Source: an uncultured Methylophilaceae bacterium
Lineage (GTDB): Bacteria; Pseudomonadota; Gammaproteobacteria; Burkholderiales; Methylophilaceae
Direction of reading: 5' to 3'
NCBI GenBank assembly: GCA_964484105.1
Contig: CAZAEN010000007.1
Coordinates: 99,599 to 163,598 of the forward strand
Length of the DNA stretch: 64,000 nucleotides
Shown: one piece after another, positions 48,943-59,007 of the stretch
Layout of the letters: every line of letters begins with the position of its first letter
How positions within the stretch are numbered: the stretch's first letter is position 1
Position numbers and translations under genes: made by a program
The notes under the pieces: generated by a model
Seen by the model: the letters and a program-made list of their open reading frames with translations, nothing else
Database searches by the model: none
Told to the model about the DNA's origin: nothing

Positions 48943-49746
48943 ATGCAGGCAAATATTGTTGAAATAAATCACCTTTCCTTCGGTTACCGAGGGCGCACTC
49001 TGCATAAAAATATCAATATGGCGTTCCCACGCGGGAAAGTGGTGGCGATTATGGGCGGCAGTGGCAGTGGTAAAACCACGTTGTTGCGGTTGATTGGTGG
49101 TCAAATTAAACCAACGGCGGGCAAAGTGTTGGTGGATGGTCACGTCGTGCACGAACAAGATCGTGATGGTGTTTATCAGCTGCGCCGCAAAATGGGCATG
49201 CTGTTCCAACATGGTGCTTTGTTTACTGATTTAAGCGTATTTGAAAATGTCGCTTTCCCTATTCGCGAACATACCAACTTGCCTGAGAGTATGATTCATG
49301 ATCTTGTTTTGATGAAACTGAATGCAGTGGGTTTACGTGGCGCGCATCAACTAATGCCAGCGGAACTCTCGGGTGGGATGGCCCGCCGTGTGGCTTTGGC
49401 TCGTGCAATTGCACTTGACCCAAGTATCATTATGTATGATGAACCATTTGCAGGGTTGGATCCAATTTCCATGGCGGTGATCTGTGATTTGATACGCAGC
49501 CTAAACGATGCATTAGGTGCTACCTCTATTGTTGTGACGCACGACGTAGAAGAAACCTTCCGCTTTGCTGATTATGTATATTTTGTCGCGGATGGCACAG
49601 TAGCTGCCGAAGGCACGCCAGATGATTTGCGTAAATCCGAACTGCCTTTTGTTCACCAGTTTATTTACGCTGAAAAAGACGGTCCGGTACCATTCCATTA
49701 TGCCGCGCCAGATTACCGTCAAGCTTTGTTAGGAAGGGCTCCATAG
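48943..49746 (+). CDS. mlaF: Mla phospholipid ABC transporter ATP-binding subunit
   Basis: GGSGSGKT, LSGGMARRVALARAIALDP, DEPFAGLDP. Confidence 0.92.
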   Translation: MQANIVEINHLSFGYRGRTLHKNINMAFPRGKVVAIMGGSGSGKTTLLRLIGGQIKPTAGKVLVDGHVVHEQDRDGVYQLRRKMGMLFQHGALFTDLSVFENVAFPIREHTNLPESMIHDLVLMKLNAVGLRGAHQLMPAELSGGMARRVALARAIALDPSIIMYDEPFAGLDPISMAVICDLIRSLNDALGATSIVVTHDVEETFRFADYVYFVADGTVAAEGTPDDLRKSELPFVHQFIYAEKDGPVPFHYAAPDYRQALLGRAP

Positions 49747-50543
49747 TGCCTACACGTATTTTTTCAAAAACAGTGCGTAACCTGCGCAAGATGGGTAGCT
49801 GGTTTGTGAACTCTATCTGGCTGCTTGGTACAGAGGCGCGCTTGTTTTGGTTGACGTTGATTTCCAGTGGCGAGTGCATTCGTCGACCAAGTTTGGTGAT
49901 TCGTCAGATGTACTACACTGGCGTGTTGTCGCTCATCATTATTTTAGTTTCTTCGTTTTTTGTTGGCATGGTGTTGGCGCTGCAAGGTTATAACACATTG
50001 CAGCGTTACGGTTCCTCTGAGGCGATTGGTGTTTTAGTGGCGTTGGCGCTGGTGCGAGAATTAGGGCCAGTGGTGACAGCATTATTATTTGCCGGTCGTG
50101 CTGGGACTGCGATTACTGCAGAAATCGGCTTAATGAAAACCACAGAGCAGCTTTCAGCAATGGAAATGATGGCAGTTAGCCCGATTTCTCGGATCATCGC
50201 GCCGCGTTTTTGGGCGGGTGTTTTTAGTATGCCGATTTTGGCTTGCTTGTTCTCAATGGTGGGTATTTTAGGCGGACATTTGCTGGCTGTGCCAGTGATT
50301 GGCGTGGATAGCGGCGCGTTTTGGTCGCAAATGCAGGCTAATGTGGATTGGCAAACCGATGTGATGAACGTTTTGGTAAAAAGCTTTGTGTTTGGCGTGG
50401 TCTGCACCATGATTGCCTTATTTGAAGGGTATGACGCGCCACCGACAGCTGAAGGTGTCAGCCATGCTACCACGAGAACCGTGGTCATATCGGCGCTTGC
50501 AATTTTGGGGATAGACTTTGTGCTAACCTCTTTCATGATTTAA
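49746..50543 (+). CDS. mlaE: Mla ABC transporter permease
   Basis: RELGPVVTALLFAGRAG, EQLSAMEMM, ATTRTVV. Confidence 0.93.
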   Translation: MPTRIFSKTVRNLRKMGSWFVNSIWLLGTEARLFWLTLISSGECIRRPSLVIRQMYYTGVLSLIIILVSSFFVGMVLALQGYNTLQRYGSSEAIGVLVALALVRELGPVVTALLFAGRAGTAITAEIGLMKTTEQLSAMEMMAVSPISRIIAPRFWAGVFSMPILACLFSMVGILGGHLLAVPVIGVDSGAFWSQMQANVDWQTDVMNVLVKSFVFGVVCTMIALFEGYDAPPTAEGVSHATTRTVVISALAILGIDFVLTSFMI

Positions 50544-50557
50544 CTGGGTGGATCACT

Positions 50558-51103
50558 ATGGAAAGAACAACAATTGATTTGTGGGTGGGAATTTTTGTCG
50601 CAATGGGCGTTGCCGCGTTACTTGGGCTGGCCATGAAAGTTGGCAATTTAACGACCAGTAATATAGGTGAAACTTACGTGGTGAACGCCAATTTTGAAAA
50701 TATCGGCGGTTTAAAACCGCGAGCACCAGTGAAAAGTGCTGGGGTTGTGGTGGGTCGCGTGGGTGAAATTGGCTTTGATGAGAAAACTTATCAGGCTGTT
50801 GTACGTCTTAATATTGATAAACGTTACAGCTTTCCTAAGGATACTTTTGCCAATATTTATACTGCGGGGTTGTTGGGTGAGCAATATGTTGGTTTGGAAG
50901 CGGGTGGCGATGAAGTGAATTTGAAAGAAGGAGACAAAATTGCTAAAACACAAGATGCCGTGGTGTTGGAGAAATTAATCAGCCAATTCTTATATAGCAA
51001 AGCTTCAGAAGATGAAGATGATAAACCATCAACAAAAGAAGAAGCTAAACCAGCTAAGTCCGACGCAGCGAAGTCAACTGAATTAGGTGATCCGCCGTTT
51101 TAG
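50558..51103 (+). CDS. mlaD: Outer membrane lipid asymmetry protein MlaD (MCE)
   Basis: TM, FENIGGLKPRAPVKSAGVVVGRV, TAGLLGEQYV; charged C-terminal tail. Confidence 0.93.
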   Translation: MERTTIDLWVGIFVAMGVAALLGLAMKVGNLTTSNIGETYVVNANFENIGGLKPRAPVKSAGVVVGRVGEIGFDEKTYQAVVRLNIDKRYSFPKDTFANIYTAGLLGEQYVGLEAGGDEVNLKEGDKIAKTQDAVVLEKLISQFLYSKASEDEDDKPSTKEEAKPAKSDAAKSTELGDPPF

Positions 51104-51162
51104 TGACGCGCGCTCGCAGGTTTGCAAACAATCAAACATTGATAACCTTTAAAGGGATCACA

Positions 51163-51783
51163 ATGAAGTCAATTTTTAAATTTTTATTAACCTTGTGTTT
51201 TTTGGCGACAGCTACATGGACTCAGTCTGTGTATGCAGAAGTTACGCCAGATGCTTTGGTGAAACAAACTGCGGAAGATGTCCTAAGTGTCATTAAAAAT
51301 GACAAAGAAATTCAAGCGGGCAATAAGCAAAAAATTTATGCGCTGGCAGAGGAAAAAATCTTGCCAAACTTTGATTTTGATCGTGTGTGCCGCTTAGTGT
51401 TGGGCAAAAACTGGAGAACGGCAACACCAGAACAGCAAGCAACCTTCCAAAAAGAGTTTCGTAGTTTGTTGCTACGCACTTATTCAACTGCGTTGGGCAA
51501 ATATCGTAATCAAACCATTAATTACAAGCCAACCGTAATGGATAACGAATCGGGCGTTGCTACGGTCAAAACTGAAATCATTCAACCAAGCGGCCCACCG
51601 ATTGCCGTAGACTACAGCCTTTCCAAAAATAGCGCAGATTGGAAAGTGTTTGATATTGTGATTGAGAGCGTGAGTCTAGTGACCAACTATCGTAGCCAAT
51701 TTGGCGCAGAAATTCGCCAAAACGGCATTGATAGCTTAAACAAAAAATTGGCCGACAAAAATCGCGCTGCAGGTGTTAATTAA
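51163..51783 (+). CDS. mlaC: Periplasmic phospholipid-binding protein MlaC
   Basis: LVLGKNWR, LLLRTY, WKVFDIVIESVSLVTNYRSQF; start taken at ATG 51163. Confidence 0.92.
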   Translation: MKSIFKFLLTLCFLATATWTQSVYAEVTPDALVKQTAEDVLSVIKNDKEIQAGNKQKIYALAEEKILPNFDFDRVCRLVLGKNWRTATPEQQATFQKEFRSLLLRTYSTALGKYRNQTINYKPTVMDNESGVATVKTEIIQPSGPPIAVDYSLSKNSADWKVFDIVIESVSLVTNYRSQFGAEIRQNGIDSLNKKLADKNRAAGVN

Positions 51784-51798
51784 TCAAGCGTAACGATC

Positions 51799-52086
51799 AT
51801 GGCATATATTGAAGAGCAGGCGCAGCAGTGGTTTTTGTCTGGTGATCTACTAATGGGAAACGCTGACGTAGTGTTGGCAGAAAGTGAGGGGTTGTCGATA
51901 GGCGAGTCTCTCATGATTAATTTCTCAAAGGTAAGGCATGTGGATACCGCTGCGCTGGGGTTAATGACGGCATGGTTGCGCCGTGGACAGCGCGAGTCTT
52001 GTGATGTGACGTTTACGCATGTCTCAGAGAATTTAAAAAGCTTGGCTACCCTGTATGGCGTGATCGAATTTTTAGAAATAAACTGA
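51799..52086 (+). CDS. mlaB: STAS domain protein MlaB
   Basis: VRHVDTAALGLM, LKSLATLYGV. Confidence 0.85.
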   Translation: MAYIEEQAQQWFLSGDLLMGNADVVLAESEGLSIGESLMINFSKVRHVDTAALGLMTAWLRRGQRESCDVTFTHVSENLKSLATLYGVIEFLEIN

Positions 52087-52170
52087 ATACGTCATCTCAT
52101 ATATCTAATTTATATTTGAGGCGGTCGAGAAATTACCGCCTTGTGTGCCGATCATCGGACAATTTCATTC

Positions 52171-53070
52171 ATGCTTCCAGCTATTCAAATTCGTGACATT
52201 CACAAAAGCTTTGGTCAATTACACGCCTTAAAAGGCGTGAATTTGACCATTGAGCAAGGCGAGTTTTTTGCTTTGCTTGGGCCGAATGGCGCAGGAAAGT
52301 CGACGTTGATTAATATTCTCGCTGGACTTACGCGACCTAGTAGCGGGCGTATTGAAGTGCTCGGACATGATGTGGTGACGCAGTACCAGAACGCGCGACG
52401 ATTATTGGGGATCGTGCCGCAGGAACTGGTGTTTGATCCTTTTTTTAATGTGCGTGAAATGTTGCGTTTTCAGGCTGGGTATTTTGGTCGTGGGCGCGAA
52501 AATGATGCATGGATTGACGAAATCTTAGAAGGCCTAGGGCTTGCCGATAAAGCGCATACCAATATGCGTCGACTCTCAGGTGGCATGAAGCGGCGCGCGC
52601 TCATCGCGCAAGCGCTTGCACATAAACCGCCGGTGATCGTGCTGGACGAGCCAACGGCCGGTGTGGATGTTGAGTTGCGCCAACTGATGTGGAATTTTAT
52701 TCGCAAGTTGAATCAAGATGGTCATACGATCATTCTCACCACGCACTATCTAGAAGAGGCTGAAATGTTATGCAATCGCGTGGCGATGTTGAAACAAGGT
52801 GAAATTATTGCCTTGGATAGCACGGCGAATTTGTTGAGCCGCTTTGCCGGTAAAATGCTGCAGTTGAAGTTGGGTAATGTCAATTTGCCTGATTCTTTGC
52901 GTGCAATGCTTAAAAGCCAAGATCAAGGCGTGTTCACTTTTCACTTGAAAGACTTGTTACAAATTGAAATGATATTGTCCACGTTGCGCACACAGCAAAT
53001 TCATGTGGAAGATATGCAGGTCAACGAGGCAGATTTGGAAGATGTATTTTTAACGCTGGTTGGTCAATAA
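52171..53070 (+). CDS. ABC transporter ATP-binding protein (YadG-like)
   Basis: GPNGAGKST, LSGGMKRR, LDEPTAGVD, TTHYLEEA. Confidence 0.9.
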   Translation: MLPAIQIRDIHKSFGQLHALKGVNLTIEQGEFFALLGPNGAGKSTLINILAGLTRPSSGRIEVLGHDVVTQYQNARRLLGIVPQELVFDPFFNVREMLRFQAGYFGRGRENDAWIDEILEGLGLADKAHTNMRRLSGGMKRRALIAQALAHKPPVIVLDEPTAGVDVELRQLMWNFIRKLNQDGHTIILTTHYLEEAEMLCNRVAMLKQGEIIALDSTANLLSRFAGKMLQLKLGNVNLPDSLRAMLKSQDQGVFTFHLKDLLQIEMILSTLRTQQIHVEDMQVNEADLEDVFLTLVGQ

Positions 53071-53072
53071 AA

Positions 53073-53864
53073 ATGCTGAATATTTTTCAATTGTTCAAAC
53101 AGCCCTCTTTTATTGGTATGTGGACGCTACTCAAAAAAGAGTTGCTGCGTTTTTGGCGCGTAGCATTTCAAACGATTGCCGCACCTGTTATCACGGCTTT
53201 GCTTTATTTAATGATTTTTTCGCACGTGTTGTCATCACATGTGAAAGTGTATGAGCACGTTGAATACACTGCCTTTTTGATTCCCGGCCTGATGATGATG
53301 TCAATGTTGCAAAATGCGTTTGCCAACAGTTCATCCAGCTTAATTCAATCCAAAGTCATGGGTAGTATTGTGTTTATTCTGCTGACGCCAATCACGCATT
53401 CGCAGTTTTTTATCGCGTTCCTGATCGCTGCGATTGTCCGCGGTTTGGTGGTTGGCGCTTGCATCTACTTGGTTGCCCTCTGGTTTGTCGATATTCCGTT
53501 AGCAAATCCTTGGTGGATAATTGCTTTTGCCTTATTGGGTAGCGCGTTGCTCGGGACGTTGGGCATTATTGCGGGTATTTGGGCAGAAAAATTTGATCAA
53601 ATGGCCGCCTTTCAAAATTTTATTATCATGCCTTTATCTTTTTTATCGGGCGTGTTTTATTCGATTCATTCATTGCCAGCATTTTGGCAAAAAGTGTCGC
53701 ATTTGAACCCGTTTTTTTACATGATTGATGGTTTTCGTTACGGTTTTTTTGGGCAAGGGGATATTTCGCCTTGGATAAGTTTGTTGATCGTCACGGCGGC
53801 GTTCGTGCTGTTAGCATGGCTGACCCTAAAAATGTTAAAATCCGGCTATAAATTAAGAGCATAG
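53073..53864 (+). CDS. ABC-2 type permease (YadH-like)
   Basis: KELLRFWRV, AFANSSSS, FLSGVFYSI, NPFFYMIDGFRY. Confidence 0.9.
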   Translation: MLNIFQLFKQPSFIGMWTLLKKELLRFWRVAFQTIAAPVITALLYLMIFSHVLSSHVKVYEHVEYTAFLIPGLMMMSMLQNAFANSSSSLIQSKVMGSIVFILLTPITHSQFFIAFLIAAIVRGLVVGACIYLVALWFVDIPLANPWWIIAFALLGSALLGTLGIIAGIWAEKFDQMAAFQNFIIMPLSFLSGVFYSIHSLPAFWQKVSHLNPFFYMIDGFRYGFFGQGDISPWISLLIVTAAFVLLAWLTLKMLKSGYKLRA

Positions 53865-53883
53865 CCATGTTAGGAAGTCAGCC

Positions 53884-54126
53884 GTGTTGAGCGCAAAAGC
53901 AATTGAAGACTACATTACGCAACATTTACCTTGTGAACATATTGAAGTGCAAGGTGATGATGGTACGCATTTTCAGGCGGTAATTGTCAGCGCTGAGTTT
54001 GAAGGAAAATCCATGGTGCAGCAGCATCAGCGCGTATATGCCGCGTTAGGCGACAGAATGCGTAGTGAGATCCATGCGCTTTCGATGAAGACTATGACGC
54101 CCACGCAGTGGCAAGCAAATCAATAA
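53884..54126 (+). CDS. ibaG: BolA family protein (IbaG-like)
   Basis: HFQAVIVS, HQRVYAALG, IHALSM; upstream of murA. Confidence 0.85.
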   Translation: MLSAKAIEDYITQHLPCEHIEVQGDDGTHFQAVIVSAEFEGKSMVQQHQRVYAALGDRMRSEIHALSMKTMTPTQWQANQ

Positions 54127-54147
54127 ATTTTTATAAGAGGTTTTTAA

Positions 54148-54453
54148 ATGGACGTACAAGCAAAAATTAAGGAAACTGTTACAGGCAATAAAGTGGTGCT
54201 GTATATGAAAGGCACGCCGAAATTTCCGCAATGTGGCTTCTCAAATTTGGCGACACAAATTTTAGACGCATGTAGCGCGCAATATTTAGCGGTTGATGTG
54301 CTGGCGGATCAATCGATTCGTGAAGGAATTAAAACGTACGCCAATTGGCCGACTATTCCGCAACTTTACATCAATGGGGAATTTGTCGGCGGTGCGGACA
54401 TTATGCGAGCCATGTACGAGAATGGTGAATTGCAAAAAATGTTGGCTGACTAG
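54148..54453 (+). CDS. grxD: Monothiol glutaredoxin Grx4
   Basis: KGTPKFPQCGFS, WPTIPQLY, GEFVGGADI. Confidence 0.95.
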   Translation: MDVQAKIKETVTGNKVVLYMKGTPKFPQCGFSNLATQILDACSAQYLAVDVLADQSIREGIKTYANWPTIPQLYINGEFVGGADIMRAMYENGELQKMLAD

Positions 54454-54486
54454 TCAACCATAAAATAACAATAAAAGGTCGATGCG

Positions 54487-55752
54487 TTGGATAAATTAAT
54501 CATTCAAGGCGGCAGGAAGCTTAATGGTGAAGTCACCATTTCTGGCGCAAAAAATGCAGCTTTGCCTATATTGTGTGCAGCGTTGTTGGCGGAAACGCCG
54601 CTCAATTTAAGTAGCGTTGCGGCACTCAAAGATATTGATACGACTCTCAAGCTACTTGATATGATGGGCGTGAAAATTATGCGTGATCATGACAAAGTCA
54701 GCTTGGATGCGAGTGATGTCACCTCTTTTGAAGCAACTTACGAAATGGTGAAAACCATGCGTGCTTCTATTTTGGTGCTAGGTCCTTTATTGGCGCGCTT
54801 TGGCACCGCACGCGTTTCGTTGCCCGGTGGCTGCGCCATTGGTTCGCGTCCGGTAGATTTACACATTAAAGGCTTGCAGGCCATGGGTGCGGCCATTCAC
54901 ATTACCCACGGCTATATTCAAGCCAGCACTTTGCATTTGCCTAATCGACGCTTACAAGGCGCGCGTTATTACATGGATTTGGTGACGGTGACCGGCACGG
55001 AGAATCTGATGATGGCTGCGAGCTTGGCGCAAGGCACCACGATTTTGGAAAATGCTGCCAAAGAACCAGAAGTGGTCGATTTGGCCGAGTGCCTAATTAA
55101 AATGGGCGCAAAAATCAGTGGCGCAGGCACGGATGTGATTACCATTGAAGGTGTGGAAAAGTTAAACGGTGCCGATCACGCGATTGTGTGTGATCGCATT
55201 GAAGCCGGTACTTACATGGTGGCAGCCGCGATGACCGGTGGTAAAGTGACATTACAAAACGCCCGTGCGGATTTATTGGATGCGGTGATTGAAAAATTGC
55301 GTGAAGCTGGTGTCACGGTCAATCATGATGCGCAAAGTATTACCGTAGAAGCAGGCGCAAAATTAAAAGCAGTCAATATTCGCACTGCGCCGCACCCCGC
55401 TTTCCCGACCGACATGCAAGCGCAATTTATGGCACTCAATACCGTGGCAGAAGGCGTGGCGAAAGTCACTGAAACGATTTTTGAAAATCGCTTTATGCAT
55501 GTGCAAGAAATGCAGCGCCTAGGCGCAGATATTAGTATTGATGGCAACACTGCATTGGTTAAAGGTGTCGAATTTTTAGATGGCGCAACTGTGATGGCAA
55601 CGGATTTGCGTGCTTCAGCCAGCTTAGTGTTGGCCGCCTTAGTTGCAAGGGGTGAAACGACGATTGAACGCATTTACCACTTGGACCGCGGTTACGAACA
55701 TTTGGAAGCAAAATTAAATCAGCTGGGCGCAGATGTGCGCAGAATAAACTAA
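54487..55752 (+). CDS. murA: UDP-N-acetylglucosamine 1-carboxyvinyltransferase
   Basis: [45 protein letters not shown]. Confidence 0.97.
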   Translation: MDKLIIQGGRKLNGEVTISGAKNAALPILCAALLAETPLNLSSVAALKDIDTTLKLLDMMGVKIMRDHDKVSLDASDVTSFEATYEMVKTMRASILVLGPLLARFGTARVSLPGGCAIGSRPVDLHIKGLQAMGAAIHITHGYIQASTLHLPNRRLQGARYYMDLVTVTGTENLMMAASLAQGTTILENAAKEPEVVDLAECLIKMGAKISGAGTDVITIEGVEKLNGADHAIVCDRIEAGTYMVAAAMTGGKVTLQNARADLLDAVIEKLREAGVTVNHDAQSITVEAGAKLKAVNIRTAPHPAFPTDMQAQFMALNTVAEGVAKVTETIFENRFMHVQEMQRLGADISIDGNTALVKGVEFLDGATVMATDLRASASLVLAALVARGETTIERIYHLDRGYEHLEAKLNQLGADVRRIN

Positions 55753-55776
55753 GTACGAAATTAAAATGACATCACT

Positions 55777-56418
55777 ATGATTACCATCGCACTTTCGAAG
55801 GGCAGGATTTTTGAAGAAACGTTGCCTTTGCTCAAAGCCGCAGGCATTGAACCAGCGGAAAATCCTGAAAGTTCGCGCAAGCTAATTATTGGTACCAATC
55901 GTGAGGACGTACGTCTGATTATCGTGCGTGCAACTGATGTGCCAACTTACGTGCAATATGGCGCGGCGGATTTAGGTATTGCTGGTAAAGACGTGTTGGA
56001 CGAACATGGTGGCGAAGGCTTGTACCAGCCGATTGACCTCAATATTGCCAAATGCAAAATGATGGTGGCGGTGCGGGAAGATTTTGATTATTTTGCGTCT
56101 ATTCGTAGCGGTGCGCGCTTGAAGGTCGTCACTAAATATGTAAAAACTGCGCGTGAACATTTTGCTGCAAAAGGCATGCATGTCGATTTAATCAAGTTAT
56201 ATGGCTCGATGGAGTTGGGGCCGTTGGTTGGTCTTGCCGATGTCATTGTGGATTTGGTCAGCACTGGCGGCACTTTGCGCGCCAATAATTTAAAAGCAGT
56301 GGAAGAAGTGGGTGATGTTAGCTCGCGACTTATTGTGAACCAAGCTTCTTACAAATTAAATCGCGCTCAATTGCAGCCGATCATGAACGCTTTTGCGGGT
56401 GCTGTGACTAAAGAATAA
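55777..56418 (+). CDS. hisG: ATP phosphoribosyltransferase, short form
   Basis: [36 protein letters not shown]; 213 aa. Confidence 0.95.
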   Translation: MITIALSKGRIFEETLPLLKAAGIEPAENPESSRKLIIGTNREDVRLIIVRATDVPTYVQYGAADLGIAGKDVLDEHGGEGLYQPIDLNIAKCKMMVAVREDFDYFASIRSGARLKVVTKYVKTAREHFAAKGMHVDLIKLYGSMELGPLVGLADVIVDLVSTGGTLRANNLKAVEEVGDVSSRLIVNQASYKLNRAQLQPIMNAFAGAVTKE

Positions 56419-56420
56419 TT

Positions 56421-57743
56421 GTGTGTATGGATACAACCATGTCTGTCAATATCAGAAAACTTTCAACCCTCGATACTGGTTTTAATGACCAATTGCATGC
56501 CTTGCTCGCGTTTGAAACCGCGCAAGACGACAATATCGATACTGTTGTGGCGAATATTTTAAAAGATGTTAAAACACGTGGCGATGCCGCAGTGTTGGAA
56601 TATACCAATCGTTTTGATAAAACGGGTGCAATGTCAATTGCCGCGTTGGAAATCAGTCAGCAAGAACTTGCAGCGGCATTAAATGGATTGCCAGTTGCAC
56701 AACGTGAAGCACTTGAAGCTGCTGCAGCACGCGTCAAAAATTACCATGAAAAACAATTGATGCAATCTTGGCAATACACAGAGGCCGATGGTACGGTGCT
56801 GGGCCAACAAGTCACTTCGTTAGACCGCGTTGGTTTATACGTGCCAGGCGGTAAAGCGGCTTACCCTTCATCTGTGTTGATGAATGCAATTCCGGCAAAA
56901 GTGGCCGGTGTGCGAGAACTCATCATGGTGGTGCCAACGCCAAACGGCGAAAAAAATCCCTTGGTATTAGCTGCCTCAGCCGTATGTGGCGTTGACCGTG
57001 TATTTTGCATTGGTGGCGCACAAGCTGTTGGTGCCTTGGCATACGGCACTGCGACGATTCCGCAAGTCGATAAAATTGTTGGCCCCGGAAATGCCTATGT
57101 GGCAGCAGCCAAGCGTCGTGTGTTCGGGGTGGTCGGCATTGATATGGTGGCGGGCCCTTCAGAAATTTTGGTAATTTGTGACGGGCAAACTAACCCTGAT
57201 TGGGTGGCGATGGATTTATTCAGCCAAGCGGAACATGACGAATTAGCGCAAGCAATTTTGCTTTCGCCGGATGCGGAATTCTTGCGTGCGGTTGAAGAAA
57301 GCATTCAAAAGTTGCTTGTTGAAATGCCACGCAAAGAAATTATTTCTACCTCACTGACCAATCGCGGTGCGCTGGTTTTAGTAAAAGATTTGGATGAGGC
57401 TGCGGAAATTTGCAATTTTATTGCGCCGGAACATTTGGAGCTTTCGGTGGCTGATCCGGTCAGTTTATCTAAAAAAATCAAACACGCTGGCGCGATTTTT
57501 ATGGGGCGTGATACCTGCGAAGCTTTAGGCGATTACTGCGCTGGGCCGAATCACGTATTGCCAACTTCACGCACAGCGAGATTTTCCTCGCCACTAGGTG
57601 TGTACGATTTCCAAAAACGCTCAAGCCTCATTATGGTTTCCAGTGCAGGTGCGCAAACTTTAGGCAAGATCGCATCCACTCTTGCACATGGCGAAGGCCT
57701 GCAGGCGCATGCGAGAAGTGCTGAATTTAGGCTCAAAAAATAA
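56421..57743 (+). CDS. hisD: Histidinol dehydrogenase
   Basis: [40 protein letters not shown]. Confidence 0.97.
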   Translation: MCMDTTMSVNIRKLSTLDTGFNDQLHALLAFETAQDDNIDTVVANILKDVKTRGDAAVLEYTNRFDKTGAMSIAALEISQQELAAALNGLPVAQREALEAAAARVKNYHEKQLMQSWQYTEADGTVLGQQVTSLDRVGLYVPGGKAAYPSSVLMNAIPAKVAGVRELIMVVPTPNGEKNPLVLAASAVCGVDRVFCIGGAQAVGALAYGTATIPQVDKIVGPGNAYVAAAKRRVFGVVGIDMVAGPSEILVICDGQTNPDWVAMDLFSQAEHDELAQAILLSPDAEFLRAVEESIQKLLVEMPRKEIISTSLTNRGALVLVKDLDEAAEICNFIAPEHLELSVADPVSLSKKIKHAGAIFMGRDTCEALGDYCAGPNHVLPTSRTARFSSPLGVYDFQKRSSLIMVSSAGAQTLGKIASTLAHGEGLQAHARSAEFRLKK

Positions 57744-57758
57744 AGTAGTAGGTTACCC

Positions 57759-58823
57759 ATGAGTAAATACTGGAGTGATGTTGTCCATACATTAACCCCC
57801 TATGTGCCGGGGGAGCAGCCGAAATTGGAGAATCTCGTTAAATTAAATACCAACGAGAATCCTTATGGTCCTAGCCCAAAAGTGTTGGAAGCGCTAAAAA
57901 ATGAAGCTGCTGACAGCTTAAGACTTTATCCTGATCCAAATTCCGATGCATTGAAAAAAACAATTGCACAAACTTTTGGCTTAACCTCAGCGCAAGTGTT
58001 CGTCGGCAATGGCTCTGACGAAGTGTTGGCGCATGTTTTCCATGCACTGTTAAAACATGATGAACCTTTGCTTTTCCCTGACATTACCTACAGCTTTTAT
58101 CCTGTCTATTGCACTCTGTATGGCATTGATTTTCAAACGATTCCCCTAGATGAAAATTTTTGCATTCGAGTGGAAGACTATTGCAAGCCAAACGGTGGCA
58201 TTATCTTTCCAAATCCTAACGCACCAACGGCTATTCCGATGTCACTTGTTGACATTGAAAAGTTATTGCAAAAAAATACAGCATCAGTCGTGGTCATTGA
58301 TGAGGCCTATGTTGATTTTGGTGCCGAGTCCGCGGTTGGTTTAATCAATACTTATCCTAATTTGTTGGTTACGCAAACGTTATCAAAATCCCGCTCGCTC
58401 GCTGGCTTGCGCGTAGGTTATGCGCTGGGCAATCCAGTACTGATTGAGGCGTTGACTCGTGTGAAAGATAGCTTTAACTCTTATCCCATTGATCGTTTTG
58501 CGTCCGCGGGCGCAATAGCAGCGTTGCAAGACCAAGAATATTTTGAACGTACTCGCCTGCATGTGATTTCAACGCGGGAAAATTTGATCAAAGATATGGA
58601 AGCACTAGGGTTTGCAGTGTTGCCGTCTGGCGCAAATTTTGTATTTGCAAAACATAAAGAAATGGATGGTGTACTGCTGACGCAAAAGTTGAGAGAGCGT
58701 AGCATCATCGTTCGGCACTTTAAATCACCCGCCAGAATTGCCTCATATTTGCGAATTACGATTGGTACGGAAGCGCAATCCACGCTGTTGGTGAAAGCTT
58801 TAAAAGAAATCGTTGTGGAATAA
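57759..58823 (+). CDS. hisC: Histidinol-phosphate aminotransferase
   Basis: [39 protein letters not shown] (PLP Lys). Confidence 0.95.
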   Translation: MSKYWSDVVHTLTPYVPGEQPKLENLVKLNTNENPYGPSPKVLEALKNEAADSLRLYPDPNSDALKKTIAQTFGLTSAQVFVGNGSDEVLAHVFHALLKHDEPLLFPDITYSFYPVYCTLYGIDFQTIPLDENFCIRVEDYCKPNGGIIFPNPNAPTAIPMSLVDIEKLLQKNTASVVVIDEAYVDFGAESAVGLINTYPNLLVTQTLSKSRSLAGLRVGYALGNPVLIEALTRVKDSFNSYPIDRFASAGAIAALQDQEYFERTRLHVISTRENLIKDMEALGFAVLPSGANFVFAKHKEMDGVLLTQKLRERSIIVRHFKSPARIASYLRITIGTEAQSTLLVKALKEIVVE

Positions 58824-58896
58824 CTGAGTTTTAATACTAAAATTGCAAAAAACGACGAAATAATCATGCAATTTTGAATATTTTTTAACGAAAAAA

Positions 58897-58926
58897 TTGA
58901 ACTTATCTATTAAGTGCGGTTATCAT
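58897..58926 (+). promoter_or_regulatory. Candidate sigma70 promoter of hxlA
   Basis: TTGAAC, 18 nt, TATCAT in an AT-rich intergenic region; GGAGG RBS at 58996-59000. Confidence 0.45.
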
Positions 58927-59007
58927 GTCGATTATGCGCAGATGTGCGCAATGGATTAATCAGACGTTAAAAATCAATATAATTTCTTTTAAGTTGGAGG
59001 ATGTATC

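Noticed and set aside
50006-50536. 176-aa antisense ORF within mlaE
   Set aside because: Shadow of a hydrophobic membrane-protein gene
55777-56418. Short hisG with no hisZ in the operon
   Set aside because: Normal; hisZ is usually encoded elsewhere in betaproteobacteria
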